The notes under the pieces are model-generated. The model saw only the letters and a program-made list of their open reading frames with translations, was not told where the DNA came from and searched no databases. DNA of 56,979 nt, the filler included, from Dugesia japonica (lineage: Eukaryota), in the NCBI GenBank assembly GCA_001938525.1. It is 5 parts of 5 records of this genome, joined end to end, with 100 filler letters (N's around TTAATTAATTAA, not from the genome) between each part and the next. Parts side by side here need not be neighbours in the genome. Positions count along the whole stretch, not along the records: positions 31,670 to 41,308 come from MQRL01639698.1; positions 41,409 to 56,979 come from MQRL01595302.1; 3 more parts are not named here. One strand, 5' to 3'. Both the position numbers and the translations under genes were made by a program. Shown in pieces: positions 38,631 to 50,749 of this stretch. The number at the start of each line of letters is the position of its first letter. Position 1 is the stretch's first letter.

Positions 38631-41308
38631 AAGTGAATAAAAATTGGCTGAAAAACATTGAAAACCTATTTTTTTTAAAGCTTTCAAAAAAAATTGTTAA
38701 CAAAAAATTCAACTTTCTAATTAATATATTATTTTAATTGTGGTTTTGAATTATTTTAAAAATCAAAATTTCAGAAGTTACTAATGTAAAGAATGTTACT
38801 CACAAACTTTAATAAAAATATGTATAAAAATGATTGTCTACAATTTCTTGTTAGTAATTCGAATTTTTGACAATAACTTTCTTCAGAGATTCACTGGTAA
38901 CATATAACCATTTGATCATTTAAGTAATCTTCACAAAATTATTCAAAACTTGCTAAATAAATTCTAAAATCAACATTAAAATCTACGCCTATTAATTTCT
39001 ATTTTTACTTTATAATATTAATAATAATGACTTTTATAAGAATTTTTAAAATTTAACTTCATTGGTGAAATTATTAAAATTTTAATCTTTTTGAAAATCA
39101 AGTTTTAATAATCATTCGATAATATTAATAAAATATTTTACTTTTTACAAATATCAAGCAGGAATTATTTTATTTAGAAAATCTTTTACACAAGCAGATT
39201 CGTTCTAGTGAAAAATTTCACTAGAAAAGTTGTATAAAAAGCTGAAATAAAATTGATTCTCAAAAAATGAAAGTTATGAAGTTTTGTAAAAATAAAATCA
39301 AAACTAATGGAATTTAAAATTTTTTTATTTAATTAAATTAATTGAAATTGTGATTGAAATTTCTAAATAAAATTATTTGCAATCACAATTCATTAGTGTT
39401 TTAATTGACAAAAGTTTACAAATACAATTTAGAAAAGTCGGATAAATAAGTTATTTTGTGTATATATGACACAGAGTAATATGACAATAGTTAATGGAAA
39501 TTTATAATTTAAAATATTATTTAATTTAATAATTATGAAAAAATAACATTAAAAAAACCAAAACTATAAAAATTGAAAATAAAAATTTAAAATCTAAAAT
39601 TTTTGGGGATACAATATACTTTGTTTTAATTATAAACCATTGATTTGTGATTTATCAATTTTTTTATTTCTAATATTTTTTCGACTTAGTTATTATAAAA
39701 ATCCTAATGAAGACTAATTCGAAAATTATAGCAATTAAAAAAATTAAAGAATGCCATTGAATAACATTTATTTACGATTAAATTCTACGGAATNNNNNNN
39801 NNNNNNNNNNNNNNNNNNNNNNNNNNNNNNNNNNNNNNNNNNNNNNNNAAAGATTATGTAACTTCAATTAATAATCTAAATAAATAATCAATCAAATTAT
39901 TTTAAGAGCAATGTAGAATTGGTCAACTGAACATTAATTTTAGAATTTAATAACCTTAGAATTAATTCACTGATTATTTAAAGAAAATGCATAATACAAG
40001 TTACATAATCATTTTAACATTATAAATAATGTAATTTAATGATTTTACTGGCCTAATGATGACAGTTATTCCGTCAAAATTTATCGTAACTACATATTTT
40101 ATTAAATTGCGTTCTTTTACATTTATGAAAAAAATGCCAATGTTTTTTTGAGTTCCTTATTAAAAAAAAATAAATGTTTTAAATTATGTTTAATATTTTA
40201 AAATAGACACAAATATGAAGCGGGTAGTATTGGTGAAAAATCACAATATTACTATTATTTTAATTATTATTAATTAATAAAAAATATTATTAAAAATAAT
40301 GCACTCCCAAAGCAAGATTTTGGTGAAATATGAAAGGAAAAACAAAAAAATAATCTATATAAATTAAATAAGTAAATCTTCATTAGTCGTTTAAACAAGA
40401 ACAAATAATATATAACATTTATTGTGCTTTTGATATTCAAATGAAATTTCAAATCTATATGGAATGCAAATTAACAAACAAATAAGTTTATGTAAATTTT
40501 TAAATTACGTACTCCAGGGAGATCAAGATTCCCAGACCAAAACAGTTTTCCTTTAATAATTGCATAATAAAAATAGCTAAATAAATAATTTATTTTTTCT
40601 CGTAATTAGTTTATTAAAAATGGTTCTCATTTTGAAGTTAGAATGAGAAAAATTATAAAAAATAATTTATTTCAATTGGAAATTGACTTGTTTAATTTTA
40701 ATTTCACTTAATTGTTTTTTTAAATAAAATTCCATTGTAAATTTAGAATAATAACTGTAAGGAATAATTTTTACTTTTCATAAATAAAACTCTGCAGCTT
40801 AATTAATAAAAAATAATTTTTTCAATAATGTCAATAAAAAGAGTATTCTAAATAAAATCTTATTTTCAATCATCATTATTTAATTGAAATTTAATACTTT
40901 TCGTAAATATTTAATTGTATAATTATAGGATATCAAAAATACTCACAAAATCAGAAAATACATATAAATTTTTTGAGAAAAAGAAAATGATTTTTTAATT
41001 ATTTTTTGATACTATTAAAATTATTTTAAAATTTAATTTAAAATGTTTTATTTTGATTACATTGAATCGGTCTAGTTATTTATCTGAAGTTACTATTTCT
41101 TAAGAAAGAGAAACATAATACTTATTGTGTCTATGAATTTTATTTGGTAAAGTTAAAGAATATATTTAAATAATCAAATAATAATGACAATTTTCTCAAC
41201 GCACGCATTTAAACTATGAAAACCACTTGCAGACGGCATCATCTCCATAACGGGAACATAAGCTTGTAGCATTTTTTAAATTGAAAATAATGTACAGGTT
41301 TAAAACAA

Positions 41309-41408
41309 NNNNNNNNNNNNNNNNNNNNNNNNNNNNNNNNNNNNNNNNNNNNTTAATTAATTAANNNNNNNNNNNNNNNNNNNNNNNNNNNNNNNNNNNN
41401 NNNNNNNN
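41309..41408. other. Artificial 100-bp contig linker
   Basis: 44 N + TTAATTAATTAA + 44 N. Confidence 0.95.
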
Positions 41409-41659
41409 GGAAATGACTGATTCACAGTCTAATGGGGAAATAAATGATAAAGAAATGACTGATGAAGACATATTGATTGAAAAAAAAATTATAATAATAT
41501 TTATATAAAAAAAATAATAAAAAAAAATACTAAAACCAAAAAAAAAACAAAAAATATTAAAACAATAAAAAAAAATATTAAAATAAAAAAAAATATTAAA
41601 ACAAAAAAAACGATTAAATCAAAAAAAATCTTTATTAAAACAAAATTTTAAAAGTTATG

Positions 41660-42083
41660 TATTTCCGTGAGAGGAGGAGGGGGTATGTCTTTGTTCTGAC
41701 ATAGAAAAATTTTCGAGAAAAAAATATGACTCATCACAAAAATTCAAAATGGCTGGAGGGTGGGGGTAAGGGAAGGGGTAGGAAGGGAGATAGAGGTATC
41801 TAAATTTCATAGAAAATTTTTTGAAAAAAATATGAGTCATCAAAAAAAAAGCGGGCAAAAAAAGTGGGCGGGGCAAAAGAAAAGTGGGCAGTGAAAAAGA
41901 TAAAAAGTGGGCGGAGAAAAAGATAAAAAGGGGCGTGGCCAAAAAAAGTGGGCGGAGAAAAGATAAAAAGTCGGCGGAGTCTAAAAAGAAGCGGAGTCCA
42001 AAAAAGGTGCGGGCAAAAAAATCGGGGGGGTGGGGTACCCCCCTTCGAGGGGCCCCAGTTTGGTGCGCTCATATCTACCTACT
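41660..42083 (-). mobile_element. Putative element end: terminal motif, G/C-runs, AAAAAGTGGGCGG array, TGA(C/G)TCA and CAAAATGG motifs
   Basis: Reverse complement AGTAGGTAGATATGAGCGCACC at 42062-42083; GGGCGG-like units 41850-42015; ATGACTCAT about 41726, ATGAGTCAT about 41832. Confidence 0.6.
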
Positions 42084-42135
42084 TACTGTTAATCACAGTG
42101 GATTTCAGGATGGAACCACTCAGGCCCATCAAATC

Positions 42136-42730
42136 CTAAATAATCGAAACTTCTTCTTCTTCCGCTTGCGACTCCGTGCTGTCTTTTTCGGTTGCACCAC
42201 TCTCTACAGGCACTCCAGTCATTTGGCTCTCTTCAATGATGTCTTCCAAATCACTCTTCTCGAGGGCTGTCATCAGTCGATCTCGTTGCGAAGTGAGTAA
42301 CTTATTATTCGCCTCGAGTATGGTAACCCGCAAATTAGCTACCTCGAGATCCACCCTCAAATCATTTGTCTCTTCTTTCCGAGCTATTTTCTCATCACGG
42401 ATCATTTCCTGGACCTCCTCCCATTCAATATAGTAGTAACCGTTAGTGTCGATGTACGGCCATATATAGCGTGGTCTTTTCAAATTCCTTCTGTTTTTTG
42501 TCATCTAGTGAATTATAATCATATTTATTAATTCACACTGCATACGATAATGAATAAAATAAAATTAAATTAGATTTTTGAATTTCCTATGATTTACACG
42601 ATTTCTTCGGCCTACGGCTTATCATCATTTCCAACGTCCCATAACGCGAACCAGAGAAGATACTCGCTGGTAACATGTATCTTTCCTCGTTCCCGCTATC
42701 GTCAAACTCTGTTGGTCGTTCAATACTCAT
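42136..42730 (-). CDS. Two-exon orphan coiled-coil gene, family B copy 1 (frame across intron unresolved)
   Basis: Exon about 42598-42730, GT..AG intron 42505-42597, ORF 42136-42504 with GYYYIEWEEVQEM, heptad region and acidic tail; DNA similarity to 49069-49132. Confidence 0.55.
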
Positions 42731-44239
42731 TATAAAACAGTTGCACTTCAATTTATTTTGTAAGAAAAATGGATATTAATAATTAAAACACATCTGTTGA
42801 TTAAAAGAAAATGATCCCATAAGATAAATAATAATAAATAAATCAATAAAAAAAATAGATAATGTTTTTAATTATTTATTAAATATTCATACGACTTTTA
42901 ACAAGACAAAAAATAATTTTTCCACTCAAAATATAACAAACCAAACAATAATCCCATCGGGGAATATATTTTTACCCGTTGAAATCTGACAAAACTTAAT
43001 TTCGCCCTACAATTCTCGGCTTCACCTTCACTCCTCCATGCGTGAACGCCACCCAGCGACTTCCTCTGAATTCCCGTGATTTCTCAATTCATAATTTTTA
43101 AGCCACATTACAAAATTTGTCTCGTCCTTAAATTTTCATCTCATTTTTTATCAAAAAGATTGTGGTGGTGGCACTCGGACATGATGATTTTATTTCATTT
43201 AACAAAAAATTGATATTAATGTAAAATAATAAAATAAATAAATAAACAAATATTTACTCTGTGGTAGTTGTCGATAAAATGTTCTGGAANNNNNNNNNNN
43301 NNNNNNNNNNNNNNNNNNNNNNNNNNNNNNNNNNNNNNNNNNNNCATAAAATGCTTTTAAGTAAAAATTTTTAAATTCTTCTCCTCATTTTTTCCAAGTA
43401 ATCTGGTTTTATTCATTTTATCGACACCACGACTGGAGAGCTTTCACTACTCGTCAAATCGTTGATTCGCATTTCAGAACCTCATCCGCTCATTGGTTCC
43501 TGGAGTCAGATTTTCTCGAATCTTGGAAATGATCGCACCACAACTTTGCTTGCCTGCATGCGCGATTGATTGACAACGAATTTGGAAAACCAAATTCGTA
43601 TCGTTGGGTGGATGCTCTAGTTGATACTGTCTGGTTTTCAAACTTATTCATCGCTTTGAAAAACCAGACATAAACGTGACTGGACCAGATTAAGTTAACT
43701 TCTAAATAATATTANNNNNNNNNNNNNNNNNNNNNNNNNNNNNNNNNNNNNNNNNNNNNNNNNNNNNNNNNNNNNNNNNNNNNNNNNNNNNNNNNNNNNN
43801 NNNNNNNTATTATTTGTCTTATTATTTCCTACTCGTACATCCAAATGTCATCGTTGTATCTCCAAATTTGGGTCCTCTACGCCCAATTTTCATTTTTTTC
43901 CCGTTTCAATAATAATTGTATAATAATTATAATAATAATAATTACATAATAATAATGATACTATAAGGCAAAATATCTGGTCCAGCACCTATATTTTACT
44001 TAATTTTCCGCTTGTTCTCTCTTAATTTTCGTATTATTTGAGGATGCTTTGTTAGCTTTTTTCCACTAAAATTATATGTTCTAGCCCAACATAATTATTT
44101 TAATTATTATCATTTTAATTGCTACTATTATTTTTGTTATTATTTTAATTATCATTTATTTTCATTATTTATTATAATTAATTATTAATACTTTTATTAT
44201 TCAATAGTAAATACATGCCATTGATTAAATCTTATTTTA

Positions 44240-44376
44240 TTGAGTAAATTTTATTCTATTGAGTAAATTATCCTTAATAATTTATATTCTATCGAGTAAA
44301 TTATATTCTATTGAGTAAATTATATTCTATTGAGTAAATTCTATACTATTGGGAAAATTATATTCTAATGAGTAAG
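44240..44376. repeat. About 20-bp tandem repeat (TTGAGTAAATTATATTCTA) in the leader of a Gypsy gag
   Basis: 6-7 visible copies. Confidence 0.85.
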
Positions 44377-44451
44377 TTAGAAATTGATATGACATTGAAG
44401 TTTAGTTTATATATTAAAGTGTAAATAATAAATATATTTTCAAAATTCAAG

Positions 44452-46990
44452 ATGTCTGTAATTACTGATTTAACTGGTGAACACTGCCATCTCAACTCAA
44501 TGACAAGAAATCAAACAGCAGAACTGTTATTTCCAAGAATAACAAAATTCTCAGGAAATTGTTATGAAGATCCAATCGCGTGGTTGAAAGAAATTGAAAC
44601 GTTCTCAGTCACAAATAACTTTGACCTCATGTTAACTTTTGATTTCTTATTAGATAGCGACGTTAGAATTTATGGCTAGCTTGCAAAGCTCGAGCCAAAA
44701 TGAACGACAAATCAACATGAAATTTGTTCAAATTAAAATTCGTCAAAGATAAATCTTTTTTACGAATGATTGAAGATTTCAGTATAATGATTCAAAAAAC
44801 TGATGAAAGATATAAAAAATTTGAATTACGAGTTACAAAAGCTTTAAAGGAAATATTCAAATACGGATTATCAATGGAAAAAATTGTAAAGAAAGTAATT
44901 CAGAAAAGAGTAAAATCTCAAGATTTAAAAAAAGCCTTTGCCCTGAAATTAGATTTAAATGCTGATGATATACAACAGTTAGCTGAAAATTATGACAAAA
45001 ATGATGAAATTGATGAAAAGTCATCAGTCAATAAATTATCATATTCTGAAGTGGCAGCAGCTGATTAATTCTCAATGTTGAAGAGAATAGATACAGGAAA
45101 AATTAACGGTCGGAATTACATGCGAATTCCGGATAAGCCAGCTCCTGTTGTTAATGATACAGAAAGAAATTCTCCAATTCAATACCAAAAGCAAATCCAG
45201 AGAAACTCTCCAACGACATTCATGAAGTTCATTGTCAGAAAGATGTATAATCAATCCACAGGTTTTCCACATCCAAAAGAGGAGATTTTGAGACCCGATT
45301 CAATGAAATATTTCCGTAATAATTGTCTTCTAAAAGATTGTTGTTTAATTTGCGGAAAATTGGGACATCATTTTAGAAGTTGTAGACTGCTTGGGAAATA
45401 TCACCACAGAAACAATGTTAGATGTATTGTGGATGAAACTAATTAAAAAGATGCAATTAATATAATTTGCGTTGAATCAGATGAAGAAGAGCATGGTGTG
45501 AACTATTTAAACGAGAAGGACTTCAATGTTCCAATTTTAGCTGTGGAGTCAAGACAGTAAGAACAAATTAAAATCAAAATTTAAACATAAAGATGAGATG
45601 TATGTGAAGAGTGATGGAAGTATTTGGAGTGTAGTTAAAGTGAATGATAGAGGTGTGGAGATGTTTTGGGACACAGGAGCATGGATTTCAATAATGCATA
45701 TGAATGCTTGGAAAAGATGTAATTTGTTTCAGAAAATTCAGAGATAAAATTGAGTGAAGCATTTTTGAAGGAAGTTGTTAAATGCTTAGGCGTCGGAAAA
45801 GTGAAAATTAATTACTATAATATGAATGAAACTGTCAATTTGGTGATAGTACAGAGAATAAGCCCAGAGTTCATTGGTGGAATAGACATGTGCAAAGTTT
45901 TTAATATTCAATTAAAGATGATTGGATTAATCAAATCAGATAATTTAGTGTGTGATGTTTCTGATGATAATCGATTAAGAGTCACTATGAACATTTTAAA
46001 ACCAAGAGATGACACCTTGAAAAAATTGTTAACGTTTTTCGCCTCGATATTCATGGCGCATACGTTTGATCTGGGTAAAACACATATAGTTAAACATCCT
46101 ATCCAAACAACGGGAAATCTTGTCTTACAATGGCCGAGACGACAACCGATGCACCTAGAAAGCAAGATTGATGAAATGATTAAAACAATTATAAAAAACG
46201 GCATTATAAAAGAATGCAGTATCCCGTGGAATTCACTTATGGTGATTGTTAACAAAAATAATGGAGCTATTCGTATGTGTCAGAATTTTAGATTATTGAA
46301 TGCAGCAACTGATAAGTTTTTGTTTCCTATGCCAGATTCTCAAATTTTATTCGATCATCTTAGTAAGTGTACCATATTCTCAACACTAGATATAGGCCCA
46401 GCGTATTATCAAGTCGAACTAGAAAAGAAGGATAAATTAAAACCGCTTTTTTTACAAAGAAAGGTCAGTACTGAATAATTGCATTCCATTCGGCCTATCA
46501 ATCGCTCCAGCTACGTTTCACAAATTAATGCATACAATTTTGCCAGATATTTTATTTAAAGGCGTTGTAGTTTATATCGATGATATTATAATCTTTGAAA
46601 AAATTTGGATGGAACATGATCGCATTCTATTAGAAGTATTTCAAAGAATTAAAACATCTGGTCTTAAAGTGAATCCAGCCAAATGTAAACTTTATCAAGA
46701 GGAGCTCGTGGTTTTGTGTCATACAATAAAAATTTGGATTAAAACCTTATTCAGAGCAAATCAAGGAGATTGTTAATGCTGGAATTCCAAATTGTACTAA
46801 ACAAGTGCGATCTTTTTCTTGGAATGGGAAATTATTACAGGAAAGAATTTTTAGCAACTTGCTACATCTCTATATGCTGCTAAATGAGGTCAAAAGCACG
46901 AGATATGTGAACAAAAAAATGCGAGACGAGTTTCTGGAAAATCAAGGAAGATCTTTGTAATTCTCGAGTATTGGGGTATCCTAATTTTTT
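44452..46990 (+). mobile_element. Ty3/Gypsy gag-PR-RT remnant, 3' truncated
   Basis: KFSGN..EDPIAWLKEIE (gag), CLICGKLGHHFRSC (CCHC), WDTGA (PR, about 45667), IFSTLDI..AYYQV, PFGL..APATF, VYIDDII. Confidence 0.9.
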
Positions 46991-47149
46991 TTATCCTAAT
47001 AATTTTTCAGTGGTAGTTTATAGAGCCATTATAAATTGCTTTCAATTCTGAGTTAAACTTTATAAAATTATTTTAAAAATTAATATAATCATTATTATAA
47101 TTAATTATATAATTATATATTATTTCTTGAAAGAAGCATTTTTGTATTG

Positions 47150-47460
47150 TAAATCCTACATGAAATATGTTCAGTTTTTTATTCTGACCTCAAAAATATT
47201 AAATTTGTTTGCTTATCACAAGTATTTCCGCAGTAAATCGTTTCTTTTATCAAAGGTGGATCATGTTACCTGGCAATTTTTTATCTTTTAAACCAAGCAT
47301 ATTTTTACAACAAATTTTTTACAAAATATGGTTGTAATTTTATTCTAAATCAAATGCTATCATTTTTAGAGCGAAACAATAAGGTTTGGCCGAGAAATTT
47401 AAACAAGTCAAAGTGTTCCCATGCACTATTACCTTTATCTTGGAAACTAAAAATATTTAT
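47150..47460 (-). repeat. Dispersed non-coding repeat family, copy 3 (inverted)
   Basis: tttatcttggaaactaaaaatat is the reverse complement of about 7597-7619; other shared blocks. Confidence 0.6.
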
Positions 47461-48059
47461 GTTAGCTCTTTTTAAAACTTTGCAAATATTTTAAAATTTA
47501 ATGCAGTTATTAGTTTAAATTTTTTAATGTAAATAATTAGTAAAAAATTTTAATAATTAAAATTTATTGCTTTATTTTTTAAATTACTTGAAATTAGAAG
47601 TTTTAGATTTAAAAAATATATTTTTAATAAATATAATAAATTTGTTTAAATTTATTATTTATTCAAAAATAAAAATTGGAAAAGGCAAGTTTTGAAAGAA
47701 GCGTTCAAAAGAAAGAAGAATTTCAAAGAAGAATTAATTGTAGTTGAAATAAAGTATTGAATTAAAAGTCTTGTTTTAGTGGATTTAAATGAAGAAGAAA
47801 ATAAATAAAACAAAAATTTATATAGTAATTTCTAAACAGAAAATGTTTATTTTTTAATTCTATGACAATCAATATCAAATTCAAAACCATACGATAAAAG
47901 TTAACTAAAAAATTTAAAAAACAAATTTTCGATATTCAACCTTCCCGAGCCAAAATTCGACCGTTACAACCTGAATTCGACAACCTTTTCATGTATTTGT
48001 AACGTCCAATCAAAATGCTACATGTCAAAAGCAGCAAAATATCAAAACCAAAAACAGAG

Positions 48060-48095
48060 ATGGGGGCTTTTCCGGTGCGCTACTATCCATCTTCT
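48060..48095 (-). mobile_element. Degenerate copy of terminal motif
   Basis: Reverse complement AGAAGATGGATAGTAGCGCACCGGAAAAGCCCCCA. Confidence 0.45.
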
Positions 48096-48154
48096 TCAAA
48101 TATAACGCGCTTGCTTATTATATTCGAAATTTAACACAGAGATCTATATAAAGA

Positions 48155-48715
48155 AGCTGATTATAGAGATTTGCTATCAGAAATGCAATAATTTTGAGAA
48201 GATAAATTTGTCGAAAAATGCTGAAATCAATTATAAATATTTTCTGTCAGAAATGCAATAATTTTGAGAGAATAATTTGGTCGAAAAATGCTGAAGTCAA
48301 TTATAGAGATTTGATATAAAAAATGCAATAATTTTGAGAAGATAAATTTTTTGAAAAATGCTGAAATAAATTATAGAGATTTGCTATCAGAAATGCAATA
48401 ATTTGGAGAAAATAATTTTGTTGAAAAATGCTGAAATCTATTATTGAGATTTGTTATCGGAAATGCAATAATTTTGAGAAAATAAATTGGTTGAAAAATG
48501 CTGAAATAAATTATAGAGAATTGCTATCAGGAATGCAATAATTTTGAGAAAAGAATAAGGTCAGAAAACGTTGAAATCAATTATGGAAAATGGAGATCGA
48601 GAATGCAAGAGTTTTGAGAAAATAATTTAGCCGAAAAATGTTGACATCAATTATAAAAATGACTACTGAGAATGGAATAGCTATAAAAAAATTATTTTGC
48701 AAAAATACCTAAAAC
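48155..48715. repeat. 70-bp tandem repeat, about 8 copies
   Basis: AAATGCAATA recurs at 48181, 48251, 48321, 48391, 48461, then diverges at 48531, 48601, about 48670. Confidence 0.95.
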
Positions 48716-49009
48716 ATGTGTAGTAAATCGATCGAGAGCTTGGTGTTCATGGGTACCGCGAGTGCAAGATAGTTTTTTCTTGTTGGAAGGAATGATTTTG
48801 TAAATGAGTGCAGTTATGTCTTAAAATCTTTTATTGTTTTGTAATGAAAATATCAACTTTATATATACGAAATTTGATTTTTTTATTTTTCTTAGATAAT
48901 ACTTTTCCTATAATGTATACGATTAATAATATTTTGTTTATTTAATAATATGTTCATTAGATCATTTAAATAATGTGACTAATTTAAAAGATATTCATCT
49001 AACAATATA

Positions 49010-49655
49010 GAGAATCTTTTGAGAGCTCCGCAAACATGTGAACGGGAAAAGATGGTAGTCTGAATTATCATCTTCTCCGGTTCGCATGTCAGGTGCAAAA
49101 ACAAGAACTGATAGGCCACAGGCCGAAGGAACNNNNNGTTAAATAAATTCTGAGCTATTTTGATTGAATTACATTTAATATGAATATTAAAAATCGATAA
49201 TTTATATTTTTAACAGAATTATAACCGAGTATTTCGAGCCGCATATCCCGTTGGTACTGACCAATGACGGTGACGAAGGGACCTTTTGTATTCCATGGAG
49301 GAACACCGTGGAGTTACTCGACAAACATAAGAAACTTTACGAGACAGATAAACAGTCAGTGAAGGCAGGACAGCGGGAACTAGTGAAACAGAATCTGGAA
49401 TTGAAGCGCCAGTTAGAAACGGCCCGTGTCGAAAATGAAAAACTCAAACTCCAGTTGCCACAATGGTGATTAGAATTTCAAGCAACAGCTCGGGAGGTTG
49501 CCGTGGCCACGCGACAGCTGATGGAACATCGACGCGTTGTGGAAAAAATTGAAGAGAGAGTGTTGTTGGACGACACTGAGGTCGCGACCAAGGTTCGAGA
49601 CCCAGGGATCGTCAAAGCAGAGTCGATAAGTCAATAAATGTATTAATGTGTTCAA
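49010..49655 (+). pseudogene. Two-exon orphan coiled-coil gene, family B copy 2
   Basis: Exon about 49010-49137, acceptor TTTTAACAG at 49216, GTFCIPWRNTVELL plus heptads, AATAAA at 49633. Confidence 0.55.
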
Positions 49656-49925
49656 GAGTCGGGAATGTTTTTAAATTACTAATTGTGATATGTATGTCAA
49701 ATTGTAGTTGCAGTGGCGGTCATAAGTTTAAGCGAGATTAGTTAATCATTATTTTATTGTTCTTTGTAAAAATGCAATTGAGGAGTGAATTTTAATTACG
49801 TTAGTTTTCGCACTATCTTATGTCTTTGGATGGAACTTTCAATTGTAATGGTTGTTTCCCTTTTATTAGTTTTTTACACCTATCTTAATTGAAACTAGTA
49901 TTATTTAATTAGCTCTAAAATTTTA

Positions 49926-50249
49926 GTGAACAAATCGAGCGAGGAGATGATGCCAAAAAGAGAGGTGGTAATATTACAAAAGAAGTGGAAGGACAATAGG
50001 CGTGAGCTGCGCAATGAGATTTTAAGTTTGAAAGGCCAGTTAAACAAAGCCTCATTCAAGTTCTCGCAATTGAATGAAAAAGAGTTGGCTCTCCAACAGG
50101 CCAATCGGCTCATGGCCGATATCATCAAGATCTTTGCGGATCACGAAGCCACAATGTTCCTCACTCTGCAAACATTGTGGTTACATTATCAATCGCCAGA
50201 AGAGTCCACAGATACTGCGAATCAGGCCATAGATCTAGATGCTTGCTAA
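49926..50249 (+). CDS. Small orphan coiled-coil ORF
   Basis: 107-aa ORF with heptad pattern, GC above background, AATAAA at 50275 with 3' context like 49633. Confidence 0.5.
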   Translation: MNKSSEEMMPKREVVILQKKWKDNRRELRNEILSLKGQLNKASFKFSQLNEKELALQQANRLMADIIKIFADHEATMFLTLQTLWLHYQSPEESTDTANQAIDLDAC

Positions 50250-50749
50250 CCATTGACGAAAATGTTGATACTTAAATAAATGTTCATTGATGTTCAACGA
50301 GTTGTTCTGAATTACAATTTTGTTAGATGTGGCAAAATCTTAGGTGATATTCGAAGTAAATCTTCACTGAGCTTATCGAAGATCATTGCTGCCAGGGTTC
50401 ATGTATTCAGTGAGTAAGATGCGATACCATAAAGTCGCGCTGAACCCGCGGAAAGAAAGGGGCATGTCACAGAGGTGACACAAATACTTGTGGTTTTTAG
50501 GTATGCCCCAAGACATGTAAAGGAAATAGTAATTATTAAAAGTGAGATCAGTAAATTTGAAGCTATCATTGTAAAAAATCAAATTCTAAAAACCCAACAT
50601 ATACATAAAATTAAAATAAAACAATATGGAATAAATTAAAATCATACCACAATAAAAAAAGATCCGGTTACAAAAAATTACCAATGGGTTTTTTTTAATC
50701 GAAGAAATGAAGTTTATTTACAATTCATAAAAAAAAATTATAATAAAAT

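Noticed and set aside
11763-41408. TTAATTAATTAA recurring about every 10 kb
   Set aside because: Always flanked by exactly 44 N each side, so it is an assembly linker and not biology
37280-42083. Inward-facing motif pair as one complete 4.8-kb element
   Set aside because: Spans an artificial linker, subterminal sequences differ, no TSD found
41655-42300. Lys/Phe-rich ORFs in several frames
   Set aside because: By-products of A-tract/GGGCGG repeats
48155-48715. CRISPR-like array (also considered for 29250-29426, 30594-30775 and 18800-19400)
   Set aside because: Whole units repeat or spacing is irregular; no unique constant-length spacers, no cas genes, eukaryotic context
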